DNA of 64,000 nucleotides from Eledone cirrhosa (Eukaryota), in NCBI GenBank assembly GCA_964016885.1, contig OZ024742.1, forward strand, positions 216,504,001 through 216,568,000. The letters are read 5' to 3'. The notes beneath the pieces are model-generated. The model made no database searches. It was given only the letters and a program-made list of their open reading frames with translations, and was not told the DNA's origin. This document shows, one piece after another, positions 14,586 to 29,643 of this stretch. Both the position numbers and the translations under genes were made by a program. Every line of letters starts with the position of its first letter. The stretch's first letter is position 1.

Positions 14586-16342
14586 AGATACTAATATATG
14601 ACTCATTGACCACATATTCTACATGGAACTCTATACGTACCTAATTAAAATTGATATGAATTTTTATTGACATTACATGATAAAACATATGACTTAATTA
14701 TGGAGAAGTGAATGTGCGAGGAAGCAACGACCTGCTTTATAGGGGCAGCAGAGAAAATAAGTCCCCTCTGTATTACTATAGAAAGCAGGTAAAGAATTAA
14801 TGATATACATTTCATGGTTTTCAATCGTTTTTTTGTTTTTTTTTGTTTCTTTTGCTAGAAAAAGCAGAAATTTATGATGGGTTCGGGAAAATTTGCACGA
14901 TAAAATAAAATAAAAAGAGTGTGTAAATACAAATGTGTTAGCACATACTGTATGTTCTGTAGCGTCAAAATTATTTTACGTTGCCAAAATGGACAGTGAA
15001 GCAAAGCAAAACCAGACAAATATTGAAGGCAATTTCATTTCAATTGACCTTTTACGATTTGACACAACAAAGAGAGAAAGTAATGGCCAGTGGGTATGAA
15101 ATTAACCATAAATGTCTCGTCATCAAAACTTTTATAGAGACGTAAGAATTATGTTTCTCAATTTTAAATTCACATCTAAAAATCGATGATTGATTTTTAA
15201 TGGGAGTTTATCAACGCAAACTGAAGATTTTCCAAAGTTTAAATTATTAAAGCGACGTTTTCATTGTTCTATGTAGCATAGATTTATAGTTTGTCAAATC
15301 AGATTGAAATGATTCTTTGGGAGTGTAGACGTGGTTCCAGTTTGAGTTGAGAAAATGAAAATACACATACTTCCTATGAAAGAGAAAGTTAATATTCTCA
15401 AAAGTAAATTTACCTTACCTTGAACGTCAATGAAATGCTTACAGAAATTATTAATTCTTAATTTTCATTATTTGCTATCTAAATATCTTCAATCAATATT
15501 CAATTCATACCTGTATTCTAGTGAAGTGTGAAATGTATTTTGCAAACAAAAGAGAAAAAGGAAAGCAAACAAAAGGTTTACATAGTTGTAAAGTAATTAA
15601 ATACACATATAGCTTTAGTAACTATTGAAATATCTCTGAGATCACTCCGGACGTGTTACAAAACAAATTCGTCATTGGATCATGTAACCAGTACGTACTA
15701 AAATCATTATATCTAAAAAGTACAATGATACTCACGAATGGCTTGCCATAATTCATCTGCCCACTTGATGATGGTTGACCTGAGCAAAGCAACAACTACT
15801 AAAATAACAGTATAAACAACAAGAAGCGTAGGTAGCACTTCATAGAATAAATTCAGCTGGAATTTGATAAGTACAGAGTTGGGTACGTCTATAGGGGTAT
15901 TTTATCCGATGTTTTTAACTATTATATCAGTCGACTGTGTTTACAGATATTTTCAGTGTGTGAGATTTTTCTATATTTTCTAATAAGTTCAATTCACTCA
16001 ACGCTCCGATAGTTTATTTACAAATGGTATTCCATCTAAAGCTGTATGTAGCTTCTATTTAGACGACATTTGTTGTCAGATTTCGTTTAGATAAATGTAA
16101 CAGAGCACTCAGATGGAATTTGGGAGATATGAAGTTCGATTCGCTGTAGCGGCTGCTGCCACCTTTTTCGTCTATAGGGATATTTTACTCGATTTTCTAA
16201 AGCTATTATTTAGAGCAATTTGCTGTTGTTTCAGTTACTATTTTATGTTTTCTAAGAATTCAAATATGTTCTTATAATCTACAAGCATGTAAATGTAAAT
16301 ATATAAGTGTAAAAATAAAGTATATATGTATAGTGACATATA

Positions 16343-16760
16343 TACAGGGGGCCACGCGTAAGTGGAAATTGATAACGGATATATTGCCAATTGAATAGCC
16401 ATAATTAGAACGAGTATTGTGCTAGTCTGATTGTGACTGCGCATACTCTTACGAGTGGAACGTGTTTCAGTGACAGTTGAGTTTTTGTTGAAAATGATGT
16501 GCACTCAGAGCAACGAATCAATAGCAAAATGCCAGAAAATGTGAAGAATGATCGTAACTCATCAAACTCACAACATTGCTATGCAGTCGATGAGTTCTCG
16601 AACATCAATAGAATCATTAATAGCATGTGGTGGAATAATTTCACAAAAAACTGGAACATGACTCACATTACTGCAAAATGTGTCCCCGGTTTTACCCTGG
16701 ATCAAAAACTCGCAGTTGATTTATATTCTGATGACTTCAGTGTATCCCCAATACGAAGGT
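16343..16760 (+). mobile_element. Degenerate mariner relic
   Basis: FTKNWNMTHITAKCVPG resembles the mariner ..L.M..V.AK(F/W)VP motif; starts tacaggggg after TA. Confidence 0.5.
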
Positions 16761-16874
16761 CAAGGTCGCATATAATATATGTACTTCAAAGTTCTTGCTT
16801 AGTGATTAATGGATTTTACTGCATTAGGAGTACGATACGATTAGAGAAATGTACTAGATACAATATAACGACCC

Positions 16875-16906
<32 letters not shown>

Positions 16907-17069
16907 GAAGAGAGAGAGAGAGAGAATAATATCCACACACACACATAAAAATGTATGTATATATATATATGTATGTACATATGTATGTAAGTGTGTATGT
17001 ATGTATCTGTGTATGTGTGCCTGTGTGTGCGTGACTATGTGTGTGTGTGTGCGTGTCTGTGTGTGTGTA

Positions 17070-17132
<63 letters not shown>

Positions 17133-18386
17133 GGCAATGAAAATCGAATAGTATTGTGACGCATAAATATTTTAAAACAAATATGAAGACACGTCGCTTT
17201 TATGTAAATTGGTTGGTCCAATCATTTAACGTATAGCCAAGAGCTTGATCAGACAGAAATATATGGACATCGAGTTGAAATTTTCGTGATTAAAATGTAC
17301 AAGTGACGATAAAGTCACAATTTTATAGAATTTCGAGTATTCCACATTTAGCACCAATGTGCTATAATACATATAAATATATGCATACTTAATATGTAGG
17401 CATGTAAACATGCCAGAAAATACTAATTTCCCTGTAAACGCTAAAGGAGCGTGTAGTAAGATTGTAATAAGATTTACGAGTGTGTTTTGCTGTTTCCAGC
17501 GGCTAATACAACGCATATTAATTTCAATATAGTCGAATTAAATTGAGGATATAACCCTTCAAACAGAAAAAGCGTGATTCTCACCACTGTTTTCCAACTC
17601 GAGGTGTTATATACTCGATTCCATTCTTCAACTATTAAGAGAAGTAGGGGGAAATATCCTACAGGAATTGAAATACATCAAGCACGGAAAACTTAAAAAT
17701 TTTGTTCGACATATGTATTTGTCATCATCTTAAATTTTACATTTACATGCCGGCCGAGGGATATAATCGAACTTTGAAATACATCGTCTCATTTTTTAAT
17801 TCGTGTTTTCTCATAGATGTAAAGTTCAATCCGAGAAGATATCTGAATTCAAATATGGAATTGAGGAAACAAGGTTTCTAGACACTGTTCAAAAGACTAT
17901 CGTTTTGGAAGTTTAGAATTCAATTGTAAACATGATAATCATTAGCAAATTATGCTGATTTGTTTATTAAACCACCGGCAAAACAAAGTATTAAAATAGA
18001 ATAGGATAACAAATATAATTCAGAAGTAATAAAATAGTTTAGGTTATCTGATGGGTTACAGGGTTATTCGTTTCCCTAGGCAAATTGCACCGTTGAATAA
18101 TGAAATATATTGAAATAATCACAAGCTGACAAAAAGTCAAATTTTTCAGCTGAATGAAATCAATAATTTAAAGATATTTTGATTCTAACTTAAGGTGAGA
18201 ATATTAAAATGTCACTGACATCGTCAGGAAATTTATATTGAAGTAAGAATCCTGCTGATTTCATAAATGCCATACGAACTCTTGGCTATATTTTATTTTC
18301 TGAACTACTGACAGCATCGAATGTCATGAAGATATATGAAGATGCTTAATTTACATAAGTTATTATATACGTACTGACGTACTGTG

Positions 18387-18454
<68 letters not shown>

Positions 18455-18638
18455 CGCTATATGTCTCTCCACCACTCCCCTACACACCCTTTGAACTCTG
18501 TTCCCACACACTTCTCATCTGAGGAAGGGCTTATGCCCGAAACGTCGTTCCCCACCACCACCCCACTCTCCAGAGCGTGAAATTAATAAACATTCGTTGT
18601 ACTGCCTCTCTGTTTTGTTCCTGTTCAAATTTTTCCAT

Positions 18639-18640
<2 letters not shown>
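18455..18640 (+). mobile_element. Solo PLE pLTR between (TA)n tracts
   Basis: Pyrimidine-rich leader, hammerhead motif, AATAAA at ~18585, then (TA)n. Confidence 0.75.
18519..18546 (+). ncRNA. Minimal hammerhead ribozyme motif
   Basis: CUGAGGA-a-GGGC-uuau-GCCC-GAAA-CG-UC: palindromic ACGU stem III with GUC site, the typical PLE minimal (dimer-acting) form. Stem I is weak. Confidence 0.75.
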
Positions 18641-18706
<66 letters not shown>

Positions 18707-18905
18707 GAGAGAGAGAGAGACACACATATGTGCACACACACGGACATATACATATATATATAAAAATTTATATACTTTATTACGGCTGAGAAGTGAACCT
18801 TGTTATTCTGGCATTTCATTTGCACGCAAGTAGGATTATCAAAGATAAATATTTATTTAAACTCAACTTCGGTACCGAATACTTCCTCTCACATCCGTCA
18901 ACACA

Positions 18906-19291
<386 letters not shown>

Positions 19292-21103
19292 CAGATGGCG
19301 TTGTCGTTTGCTTGAAGATTTCTATTAGTATATAAAGTAGTATGTTATTCAAAGTCAACGATGTTTGTTTGCTATTTTATTTACCTATCCTAATATTTCG
19401 GAACTAAAATCAGAGGATTATAAGAAACTGGTTGGAAGCATTGTGATGCTGTTATTATAGGCATATCATCCTACAATAATTCTGCCAAGCAAAGGTTCTG
19501 GACTGGTACATTATTTTACTTAACTCGGAAGGATGAAAGATTTGAACTTAGAATGCAAAGAGCCAGAACAATGATGTTGTCCTTCACTCTAATGACTCTG
19601 CCAACACGATATCTGCTTCTACCATTTAAATAGGGCAGAACCTGATATGCTGGGAGGGAAACCATCCATGGGAATAAAACCATTCTTATATTATGTTTGA
19701 TCCTCACACATCCCAATATTAGAAATTTATCGACAATATTCACAAAAATATTTAAAAGTTGCTTTTATTCTTTCGACCAACACTGAGACAAAACATATGT
19801 GTATGTCATACAATGAATTCTTTATAGATGAAAGACCACATTGAGATGATGCATTCAGATAAGTAGAACAAATATTTTCAATTTTTAAGACCCTGTATAA
19901 AGTGTTTCAAAATGTCCATTCTTAATACCCTTTCTTACATCACTATCATATTGAAGAAAATATCACATACAACTAGAAACGGTATTATTTAAGCTAGAAA
20001 TTGTTATAAAGAGTGATTGTGAATCTATTATTTATGTTATTTCACTGAGCAACAAGACAGTAAAATGTATATTTAAACGGCAGAAGTTGAAGACAGAAGA
20101 ATCTACAATAGTATACATTTTCTGTCCTGCTGCGTAGAAAAACACTTAAAAGTTTTAATATTCTCATGACTTTTATTAAATTATTGCAGTCTCGCTTAAG
20201 AAAAATGCATTATTGATGAATTTCTCTTTGCAAAATATCTTAAATCGAAGAGGAGTGTCTTTTTCTTTTTGAACACTATTTGAAAAAGCATACCACACCT
20301 TTTATTAATGTTACGATAGTTGCTTCTATCGCACCAAAGAGTCATGGGGTGATGTCAAACAGGGTGTCGGATTATCGTGCGATATGATCTCAGAAGAAAA
20401 GATACCATAAGAAATGATAAAAATGCAAATTTAGCTAACGAAAAGGGAATGACAAAGGATGAAAGAGTGAAGAGGCAGATGATTGGAAGTAAGAGATGAG
20501 AAAGAGATGTGAGAAGATACACACACACAGGCATATATTGATGTATATGCAGTAATATTGGAGACGCTAACTATATTTCGTATACCATCTGTGTAGTCAT
20601 TTGAACGGCAATATTGTGAATTACTGAATGATCTGATAAAGTTTATAATCAGTGCATTACAATGATATTGCAAAGGAATAAAATAGTCCTGGGAAACCAG
20701 CTTAGACAAGGTATCGCTATCATGCTGTGCCAAAGTTTTAAACATCCACGAGCAACAACAAAACCATCACTGCACATACATACACATCTACTGGAACTTG
20801 TTGACCTCAATTTGCTATGAGCCTCATTTTACGATGTAATACAGTAATTAGAAAACAAAACATATCATTGCTGCAAATATGGGGGAAGTAAAATCATATA
20901 TGTTCTTGATGCGGCTAATCACCTTCTATGATGTCCTGGAAATTTGAACTTAATTGCAATATGATGAAATAAGGGTGTCGCAAAAACTCTTTGAAATTTT
21001 GAATTCCCTAAGGTAATTGTGACAAACATAATATTGTATGAGGAGAAGAAACCTTAACTTTTAGAACAACTGTGTAACAATATGTTCATTTCTATTATTA
21101 GTA

Positions 21104-21317
21104 AAGGCAAAAGGGATTGGCAGTATCAGTACAACGTCGGACAACATGTTTTGCAGCATACAACGTTCTGAGTTCAAATCCCGTTGAAGCAAGCTTTTCC
21201 TTTAATTCTTACGGGATCGATAAAATAAAATACCAGTCCCGCACTGGGGTCGATTTATTCGACTTCCTCCTCCCTCCAAATTTCTGGCCTTATGCCTAAA
21301 TCAGAAAACATTATTAC
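21104..21317 (+). mobile_element. tRNA-derived SINE (main family), diverged
   Basis: ttggcagtatcagta...GAGTTCAAATCCC...gataaaataaaataccag...ggccttatgcc. Confidence 0.8.
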
Positions 21318-21796
21318 AAAAAGATAGATAAAACGGAATTGAATTGTGTCACTTAGGGTATCGAATTGCTTAACTATATTATGTTCTTTATAAATGGATG
21401 ACCTCGATACCTCTGTGCTTGCTTTGTAGCTTATAAATGTTTTCTATATTTCAAATAATCCTTCGATATCTCTGCAACCCGTGATCTGGTCTCTTTATAT
21501 TATAGTTTCAGTGAACGACTAGAATCAGTCGCAAACTAAATTGAGAAAGGCAACTAGTTAGATACGACAACGTGTGTTTATATTGGCAATAGGTTTGATT
21601 AGATATAGAGCCAGACAAAATATTGTCGATTTTATGTCAAGACTATTTGGTCTATATCGTACATATAATGGACATTAAGTGTTACTTAAATAGAGTTTGT
21701 TTAAATTGAGGAGCAATATCTACAGCCGATAAATATGACTCTTTACTATTTCTATTATATCACTCAATGTCTAATGATGAACAAGAAACTATATTT

Positions 21797-21900
21797 AATT
21801 GTTTTTACTTTTGGCACAAGGCCACCAATTACCCAGTGCATTACTGGTACTTTATTCTATCGACCCCGGAAGGATGAAAGGCAAAGTTAACCTCGGCGGG
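21797..21900 (-). mobile_element. SINE 3' fragment
   Basis: Reverse complement of the main SINE body and tail. Confidence 0.8.
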
Positions 21901-22975
21901 AAAGAAACTATATTTAATGGAGGTTCGGACGTGAGCGTCTGTGTGTATGTGTGGAAGTCTGCAAGTGTTTGGACGTGTGTGTGGTGATGGTTTTATTGTT
22001 TTTCGTGGATTTTTTATTTTTCATTTTAAGTTTAGTAAAAATGTGATGATGACATTTCGGTAGTAAATGAATGGAGAAAAGGAAAATTAAGAAATCTAAG
22101 ATGGGCAGTGAATTGGCAATGACAATGTTATTGATTGTATACATTAAACGCTAAATGTTGAACAACTATGGTGGAAAATATTCCCTAATGGCTGCTTGGG
22201 AAAAAGAAAATCTTCAATAAACCCATCAACTACTCAGTCTCTTATACACATAGGTTTATATCACGAGATCAATTTACCTATTTAGCGACTGCTTAAAGAT
22301 GTAAACTGTTTAAAAACACTTTAGACGAGAAACGTTCAGAAATCTACAGAAACAGGGTGACATTTTTCTTAATGGGAATTTTACCTGAATCGGTTTTCTT
22401 ACTTGTAGTAGATATGTTTACAAGATTGTTGTTGTCGTTGCAATAGAACATTTTGGTTTAGTATATATATATATATATATATAAGTTTTTTTCATGCAAT
22501 ATTTCTGCCATTGCTGTTGTCCTTGTTATTTTTTCTTTCTCAAATACACGTTACCTCAGGAATTACATACTTTATATACATACTTTAAAATAGTTTAGCT
22601 GTATTTAACAGCTAAAAAGTGTATCAGAATATTAAATAACACACAGCCGGAAGATAACATAAATACGATGGTGGTAGATTTAACTGGTCTTCCATAAAAT
22701 CACTTGAACATAGTCTCGTACGAGATAGTGGGTTATTTATTTCATATCATGTTTGTTTTTTGCTTGTATGATAATCAACTAGAGAAAGCCTTAAACTTCT
22801 TGTTTATTCTACTGTCATTAGCTTCGATGTCTGCAGTAATTCCAAAACTTTGAATTATAACATGGCTGTTTTCATCAACCGTTAGATTATGAAACATTTT
22901 ATACATCTGTAAGCAGTTACTATTTTATGTGTTCTTTGAAGCTGAAATAAAGTTGTATGAAAGTTTTAGAAGAGG

Positions 22976-23068
22976 ATATATATATATACACACACACACA
23001 CACACGTACACACACACACACATACCCACCCACCCACCCCCACACACACATACATATATATATATATC

Positions 23069-23116
<48 letters not shown>

Positions 23117-23149
23117 GTATATATTTATATATATATATACACACACACG

Positions 23150-23231
<82 letters not shown>

Positions 23232-23324
23232 CACACACACACACACATACCACCACCCCACACACACACACATACATATATATATATATCATATATATAT
23301 ACACATATATATATATATATACAC

Positions 23325-23360
<36 letters not shown>

Positions 23361-23377
23361 ACACACACACACACACG

Positions 23378-23460
<83 letters not shown>

Positions 23461-23472
23461 ATTTATATATAT

Positions 23473-23520
<48 letters not shown>

Positions 23521-23525
23521 ACATG
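22976..23525. repeat. Compound (CA)n/(TA)n array with higher-order duplication
   Basis: The block cacatacc(c)accacccccacac...atatcatatat recurs at ~23020 and ~23245. Confidence 0.85.
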
Positions 23526-23805
23526 CACACAAAGTTTTCCGTTTTGTTTTTCGGTCGATTTTTTATTTTATGTTTAGAAATATTGTTTACGATGAATGAT
23601 TCATTCAGTTGTAGATATGAGCTGATGACGATTTCTTCATAATAACGTTTGCGTGTGTATATGTATGATTAAGTAAAAAAATGTGAGGAGAAAACTTTTA
23701 TTTAACTCGGAAACATCACTGCATCAATAGTCATCATATTGAGACGGAATGCTTAGATATCTAACAGGTGAACCTCATTACGTTAACCTATTATATATAT
23801 ATACA

Positions 23806-24183
<378 letters not shown>

Positions 24184-24184
24184 T

Positions 24185-24762
24185 AAATACGGAATACGAC
24201 GGCTACGGTCAGATTTTCATTCATGTCTTGCAACACTCAGCAGCAAAGCTATCAAGTCCATATCGGAGATCACCTTCTGGCGCCAAGTAATGCCATCTCG
24301 TCTGCAAATTCCAGCCGACTGATCCGACAGCCGCCAGTTTTTACCACCTCCAACCCGGCTGTGCATGCAATTATGGACAGGAGAGGTGACAGCACGCACC
24401 CTTGGTGGATAGGTTTACTGCCAGTTTACTGCGTAGACTGAGACCCTAGTGCTCTCAAGGCGCCTGCGTAGTAGAGAGGTTTATATATTTCGAGGCCGTG
24501 GTCAAGAATGATGGAAAGCTGGAGGCTGAATTACATGGAAGAAATGCATGAGATGGTGTAGTAATGCGCCACATGCAGTATTCGGTGATCAGAAGAAGAG
24601 AGACAGGTGTAAAACCCAAACTCACTATTTTCAATTCGTTATTTGTGCCAAAACTTACCTATGCTCATGGCTCTTGGGTAATGACTGAAAGAATTCGTTC
24701 GTCAATAAAATAATCTGAAATGAGGTTGCTCTAAAACGTCGATGAAGTAACGTTACTCGATA
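24185..24762 (+). mobile_element. RTE-type LINE fragment with inverted 5' part
   Basis: Minus strand 24190-24430 encodes QGCVLSPLL and LEFADE (RT). Plus strand 24450-24760 encodes VERFIYF..V.NDG...KLTIFNSLFVPKLTYAHGSWVMT (downstream RT/thumb). Confidence 0.8.
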
Positions 24763-24926
24763 TGTATATGTATGCCTATGTATCTATATATGCATATGTG
24801 TGTGTGTGCGTAAGTATGTAGGTAATGCGATGAAATATCAATGATGGTTGGAAAATTACTGACGAAGGAGTATTTTTATCATATGTAACCCATGTGCAAC
24901 CACGCAGTATTCTTCTTTCTTCTCAT

Positions 24927-24962
<36 letters not shown>

Positions 24963-25122
24963 ATAAGTGAAGGCGTGTGGCTGAATAGTAATAAATAAGA
25001 ATTTCAGTTACATACTGAAATGTAACCTCCAATGGCCTGCATCTTACCCTACAGGGCTCGACCTTTCAGCATAGTAGTATGTTTTTTTCTTTCTTCCTAT
25101 TTTTTTTTTTGTTGTTTTGTTT

Positions 25123-25226
25123 CTGATGAGGTAATGCCAATTTTCTTTGCACTTGTTACACACAATTTCATTCTACCCTTTTGATAAGCTGTCTTATAAC
25201 CTGTGGCAATGCCGAAACACTTTTGA
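25123..25226 (+). ncRNA. Degenerate hammerhead motif with long stem II
   Basis: CUGAUGA-GGUAAUGCCA...UGGCAAUGCC-GAAA-CA-cuuu-UG. U16.1 and stem I are degenerate; the insert ends at (TA)n at 25447. Confidence 0.5.
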
Positions 25227-25444
25227 GCCATTAAATGACATAAGAAGCTTATTCTATCAGATTTCCTTGTTTGCTTGTATGCTGTCTTTACATCTATCTT
25301 TCTGTATCTTTTTCCTGAAACGTATCTCTCATTTCTTCCCACCATAACTCCAGAAATACAATGAGCATTGTATAAAACTATTTGGTAAACGTATTCTCCT
25401 TTATATAGCCTTATGCATACAAATACCATTATTTTTTTCCCTTG

Positions 25445-25481
<37 letters not shown>

Positions 25482-26095
25482 TATTGAAGTTTGCTTGAAG
25501 CATTGTGGAATAATAAGGTAAATTTCTTTAAGTCGTTTGGAAGCCTCGACAATGCAAATGGGTAAATCTCCGGGTAACAAGATCCGGTGGTGGAGAGAAA
25601 GATGTAAGTGGGTGTACGTTGAGATGCGTGGCGTGTATAAGACGTGTAGAGGAATGAAGGAAAGGGCATAAAGGATAAAATAAAAGTAACAACACGAGAG
25701 AGAGTTACCTTGGGAGAGATTTAATTGTCCCTATATATTTTGGATTCACATCCACCAACTGGGGTTTTTTCCGGGGTGGGGGAAAGGTTGTCTGTCGGAA
25801 AGGTGCGAAACGCGTCCTCCGCTGTTCGTTGTTTTGAATATATATATATACGTATTTTATATATATATATATATGTATATATATATGAGAAAGAGAGAGA
25901 GAAAGGGGGGGGGGGGGGTGAAAGAGAGACAGAGAGAGAGACAGACAGACAGAAAGAAAGAGAAAAAGAAAGAGGGAGAGGAAGAGAGCAATCAGGATTA
26001 TACCTGATGAAATGGCTTATTCACATCAGAGATATATATCTCCAGCCCTGAATTTTCTATCGAAACGGAAAGGGCTCAGCCATCGAGCCAGACTC

Positions 26096-26210
<115 letters not shown>

Positions 26211-26671
26211 TGTGGGTGTGCGTGTACATAAACCTGAATGTTGTAAATGTTAAAACTGCGAAACCTCAACTAATCATAGAACTATGGAGTTATAACGAAT
26301 GGAAATTAATTTATTAAATATAAATTCCTTTGTATACTGTTCAATACATTTCTTGATTCACTACTACTGTATATACGACAATATATCCGACAGGCTTACA
26401 TACAGTTAATATCTACCCAATTTCATTTACAATGCTTAGGTCAACCTGATGCTATGGTAAATCATTTACACAGGATGTTATGCAATATGACTCAACACGG
26501 GATTTCGTGATTGCAATTTTAATGCTTTTGTATAAAGCACAAACTTCACAACATGCTATTTAAGTATTGTATAAATATGAGTCCTTGTATTATAGGAAGC
26601 GACAAATATATACACAATTTGTTTGGCAAACATTGAAAACTTTTAAATATCTCAACTTCCGTACTTTATAA

Positions 26672-26864
26672 TAATTGTTTCTACTTTTGGCACAAGGCCA
26701 GCAATTACCCAGTACATTGTTGGTACTTTATTTTATCGACCCCCGTAAGGATGAAAGGCAAAGGTAACCTCGGCAGGATTTGAACTCAAACCATAAAGGG
26801 GCGTAACTCTTTGCTGCAAAGCATGGCGTCAGATCCTGTACCGATACTGCCAATCCACCACCAT
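26672..26864 (-). mobile_element. tRNA-derived SINE (main family)
   Basis: Reverse complement of 6463-6642. Confidence 0.88.
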
Positions 26865-28500
26865 CCTTACTTTATAATAATGATGCTTTGTTTCTATGTA
26901 AGATAACCGTATCTATAAGGATCGCATTTTAAAACCGTTGTCTAATGTCTAATTCACCATACTATAAATAATTATATGAAGATAAGCCTTAATAGTGAGT
27001 TTAAAATACCTCATCCCTTACAATACATTGTAATGAAGAAATTGAAATTAAAACGAGATAAAACTTTATTTGAAGTATTTGAGATAACTGTTTGTGTCCA
27101 ACAATTTTCGACGGAACATTTAAATGCGCTTTTGCATTTTGTCTTTTAAAGGTAATGAATAGATATATTTATAATATATGTCAGGCTAACATTTATGTTT
27201 GCAATATCAGTTTAATGCTGATGTTATTTTCATATATAAGGACTGGAATATTTTTTTGTGATTTTGCATTAGTTGCTTCTCTTTAGTATTCAGACCAACG
27301 AACACCAATTATTTCCATTTTTCCTGTTGAGGAATGAAAAGGATAGTAGAAATCACACAAGGATTTCAATGGAATGGTTATAATAGAAGGTCGACAAAGG
27401 AAATCTAGTCTGACTGGATGATAAGAGAAGCACTCGTTAGGATAGACGTATAATGATACATCGCTTTCATTAAATATGTAGACAGCTTAGTTACATGTGT
27501 GCTAGATTTGAAATATGTATATTAATTCTTTATGAATTATGATTTCTAGTAAATGTATACTTGCACATATTATCTAACGCGCTAAGACTACCTAATATTT
27601 CATTCAGTCTGACATGAATTTCAATGATGATTTATTATGCTTCAGAAGATTTTCTTTTCACTTCATATCTTAAAGTAAATGTTAAGAATGAGTTTAAATC
27701 ATTAATTAAATTTTTAACCCACAAGTAATTCGATGCAATCCAGATAATAAAGTATATAGTTCATTACTTGATTAATGTCTAATGTTACTTCTATTCTTTA
27801 GAATGGCTTTCCGAACAACGTGGACTGATTATTTATTAAATGAGGCAAAGAAACCGATTTGTGCTTCTGTGAATATTCATAATAGTTAGTTTTAAAATGT
27901 TAAATGTCATCGTTTATATGAATATATATATATAAATAGTATAAAAGCACCATATGGTGTATAAAGCCAATACTTTGATTGATTGTTTCCTATTTCCTGG
28001 TTAACTTTCCAGATTGTTTTAAGAAGTCCCAAGATAGTTAAAATCTGGTGCTGCACATCTCAAAATATGTTAATGGTAATTACCTCTGAGAATAATTTCT
28101 TTCAAATATTAGTAAAATTTAGTGTATAGACTTTAGTGTATGTACGATAAATTCAAATTTTGTGTTTATGCGTGTATGTGATTGTGTGCAAATACGTACT
28201 TTATGTATTTATCTATGAATAACAACCTATCATGGAGGGAAAAAAGAATGAGAACTTTGACAATGAAAATGTTTCCTCCAAGATAAAATGAATAAATGAA
28301 TTTAGTGATAAGCAATTATTATGTTATAGATTCGAGAGAAAAGAGAGCAAGAGAGAAAGTTTACTAACCTATAATACCAATAATGTGAAGTCAGTTACAT
28401 TCAGCCTCACACGTGAGTCTACTGTTCGGAAGATTAAAGTAAAGTTAGCTGTTAAATTGCATAATTTCTGCAGACGATTTATTTAATGGTGCGTTTAAAT

Positions 28501-28545
<45 letters not shown>

Positions 28546-28959
28546 GAGATAACAAGTTATCGTGATAGGTAATCCAGTTAGAGGTTGTGAGTAGTCTGCG
28601 TCGTGGATAGTTTTAACGAACGTCTTTGTTTGTCTCAACAAGATGCTTCCATAGTTATGCAGCGAGTTCGCGGTAATTTTTATGAAGGTTATACTTCGAG
28701 TAATAATAGTTAAAGAATGAAGAGTAACATGGCTTTATTTAAACTACTGACAATTGTTTCGTTGATCAGGTGAGTCTAGAGTTCGCTAATCGCTTGAGGT
28801 TGCGTCATTCGATCTCCAATACATATATATATATTATTGCATTCAAAGTTAAATATGTCATGATTGATATCAAATCAAACATATGTCTTGTCACTTAAAA
28901 ACAGCTCATAGAAAACATTCAGAGAATAAAATCGAGCATTCAATCATTATAAAAGAAAG

Positions 28960-29478
28960 TGAATGATATATATCTATACACTCATAAGTGTATATTAAGA
29001 TACATCAAACTTAAACTAGAGACAATCTGCACAGAATGTAAGATTTAACAAAAAAGTTAAAACATAGATACCTGATAAAGATCAATATATCTCCCTCATA
29101 TGTATTCACCACAAAATCATGTCGTTGCGTGCGCTAAATTCGTACATCAATGTTGTTCTTTTCTAAAAAAAATTATACCCTGTGCGTTTTGTCACCTTCA
29201 ACTCTGTATTGGCGTAGATTGGATAATTTTGATTCCATCACTGATAATCTTAATCAAAATATCTAACTTTGCCGTTATGTGGTGAAATGTACTCTGATTT
29301 TGTAGTGAATACATATGAGGAAGATACATTGATCTTTCTTTATCAGGTATGAATGTTTTAATTTTTTGTTAAATTTTAATATGATACTCAATCAATCGTG
29401 TAATCTTACCTTCTGTGCAGTTTAAATTTGATACATCTTAATATACATTCATATGTGTATAGATATATATCATTCTTT
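28960..29478. mobile_element. Old foldback/MITE with ~160-bp degenerate terminal inverted repeats
   Basis: gaatgatatatatctataca...catatgtattcaccacaaaatca (28961-29119) versus tgattttgtagtgaatacatatg...tgtatagatatatatcattc (29296-29475). Confidence 0.75.
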
Positions 29479-29565
29479 TATATATATATGTAAATATAAA
29501 TTCAGCGAGAATCGTATTAAGCGAAACGCAATTTCCGTGTTATGCTGGCATATATATATACACAC

Positions 29566-29636
<71 letters not shown>

Positions 29637-29643
<7 letters not shown>

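Noticed and set aside
26004-26095. CUGAUGA followed by an auggcu/agccau stem
   Set aside because: The GAAA box is replaced by GAGC and no stem I or III forms; at most a decayed HHR.
28743-28770. Minus-strand GAAACAAUUGUC half-hammerhead
   Set aside because: No CUGANGA box upstream; noted only as a probable truncated relative of the 57.3-kb motif.
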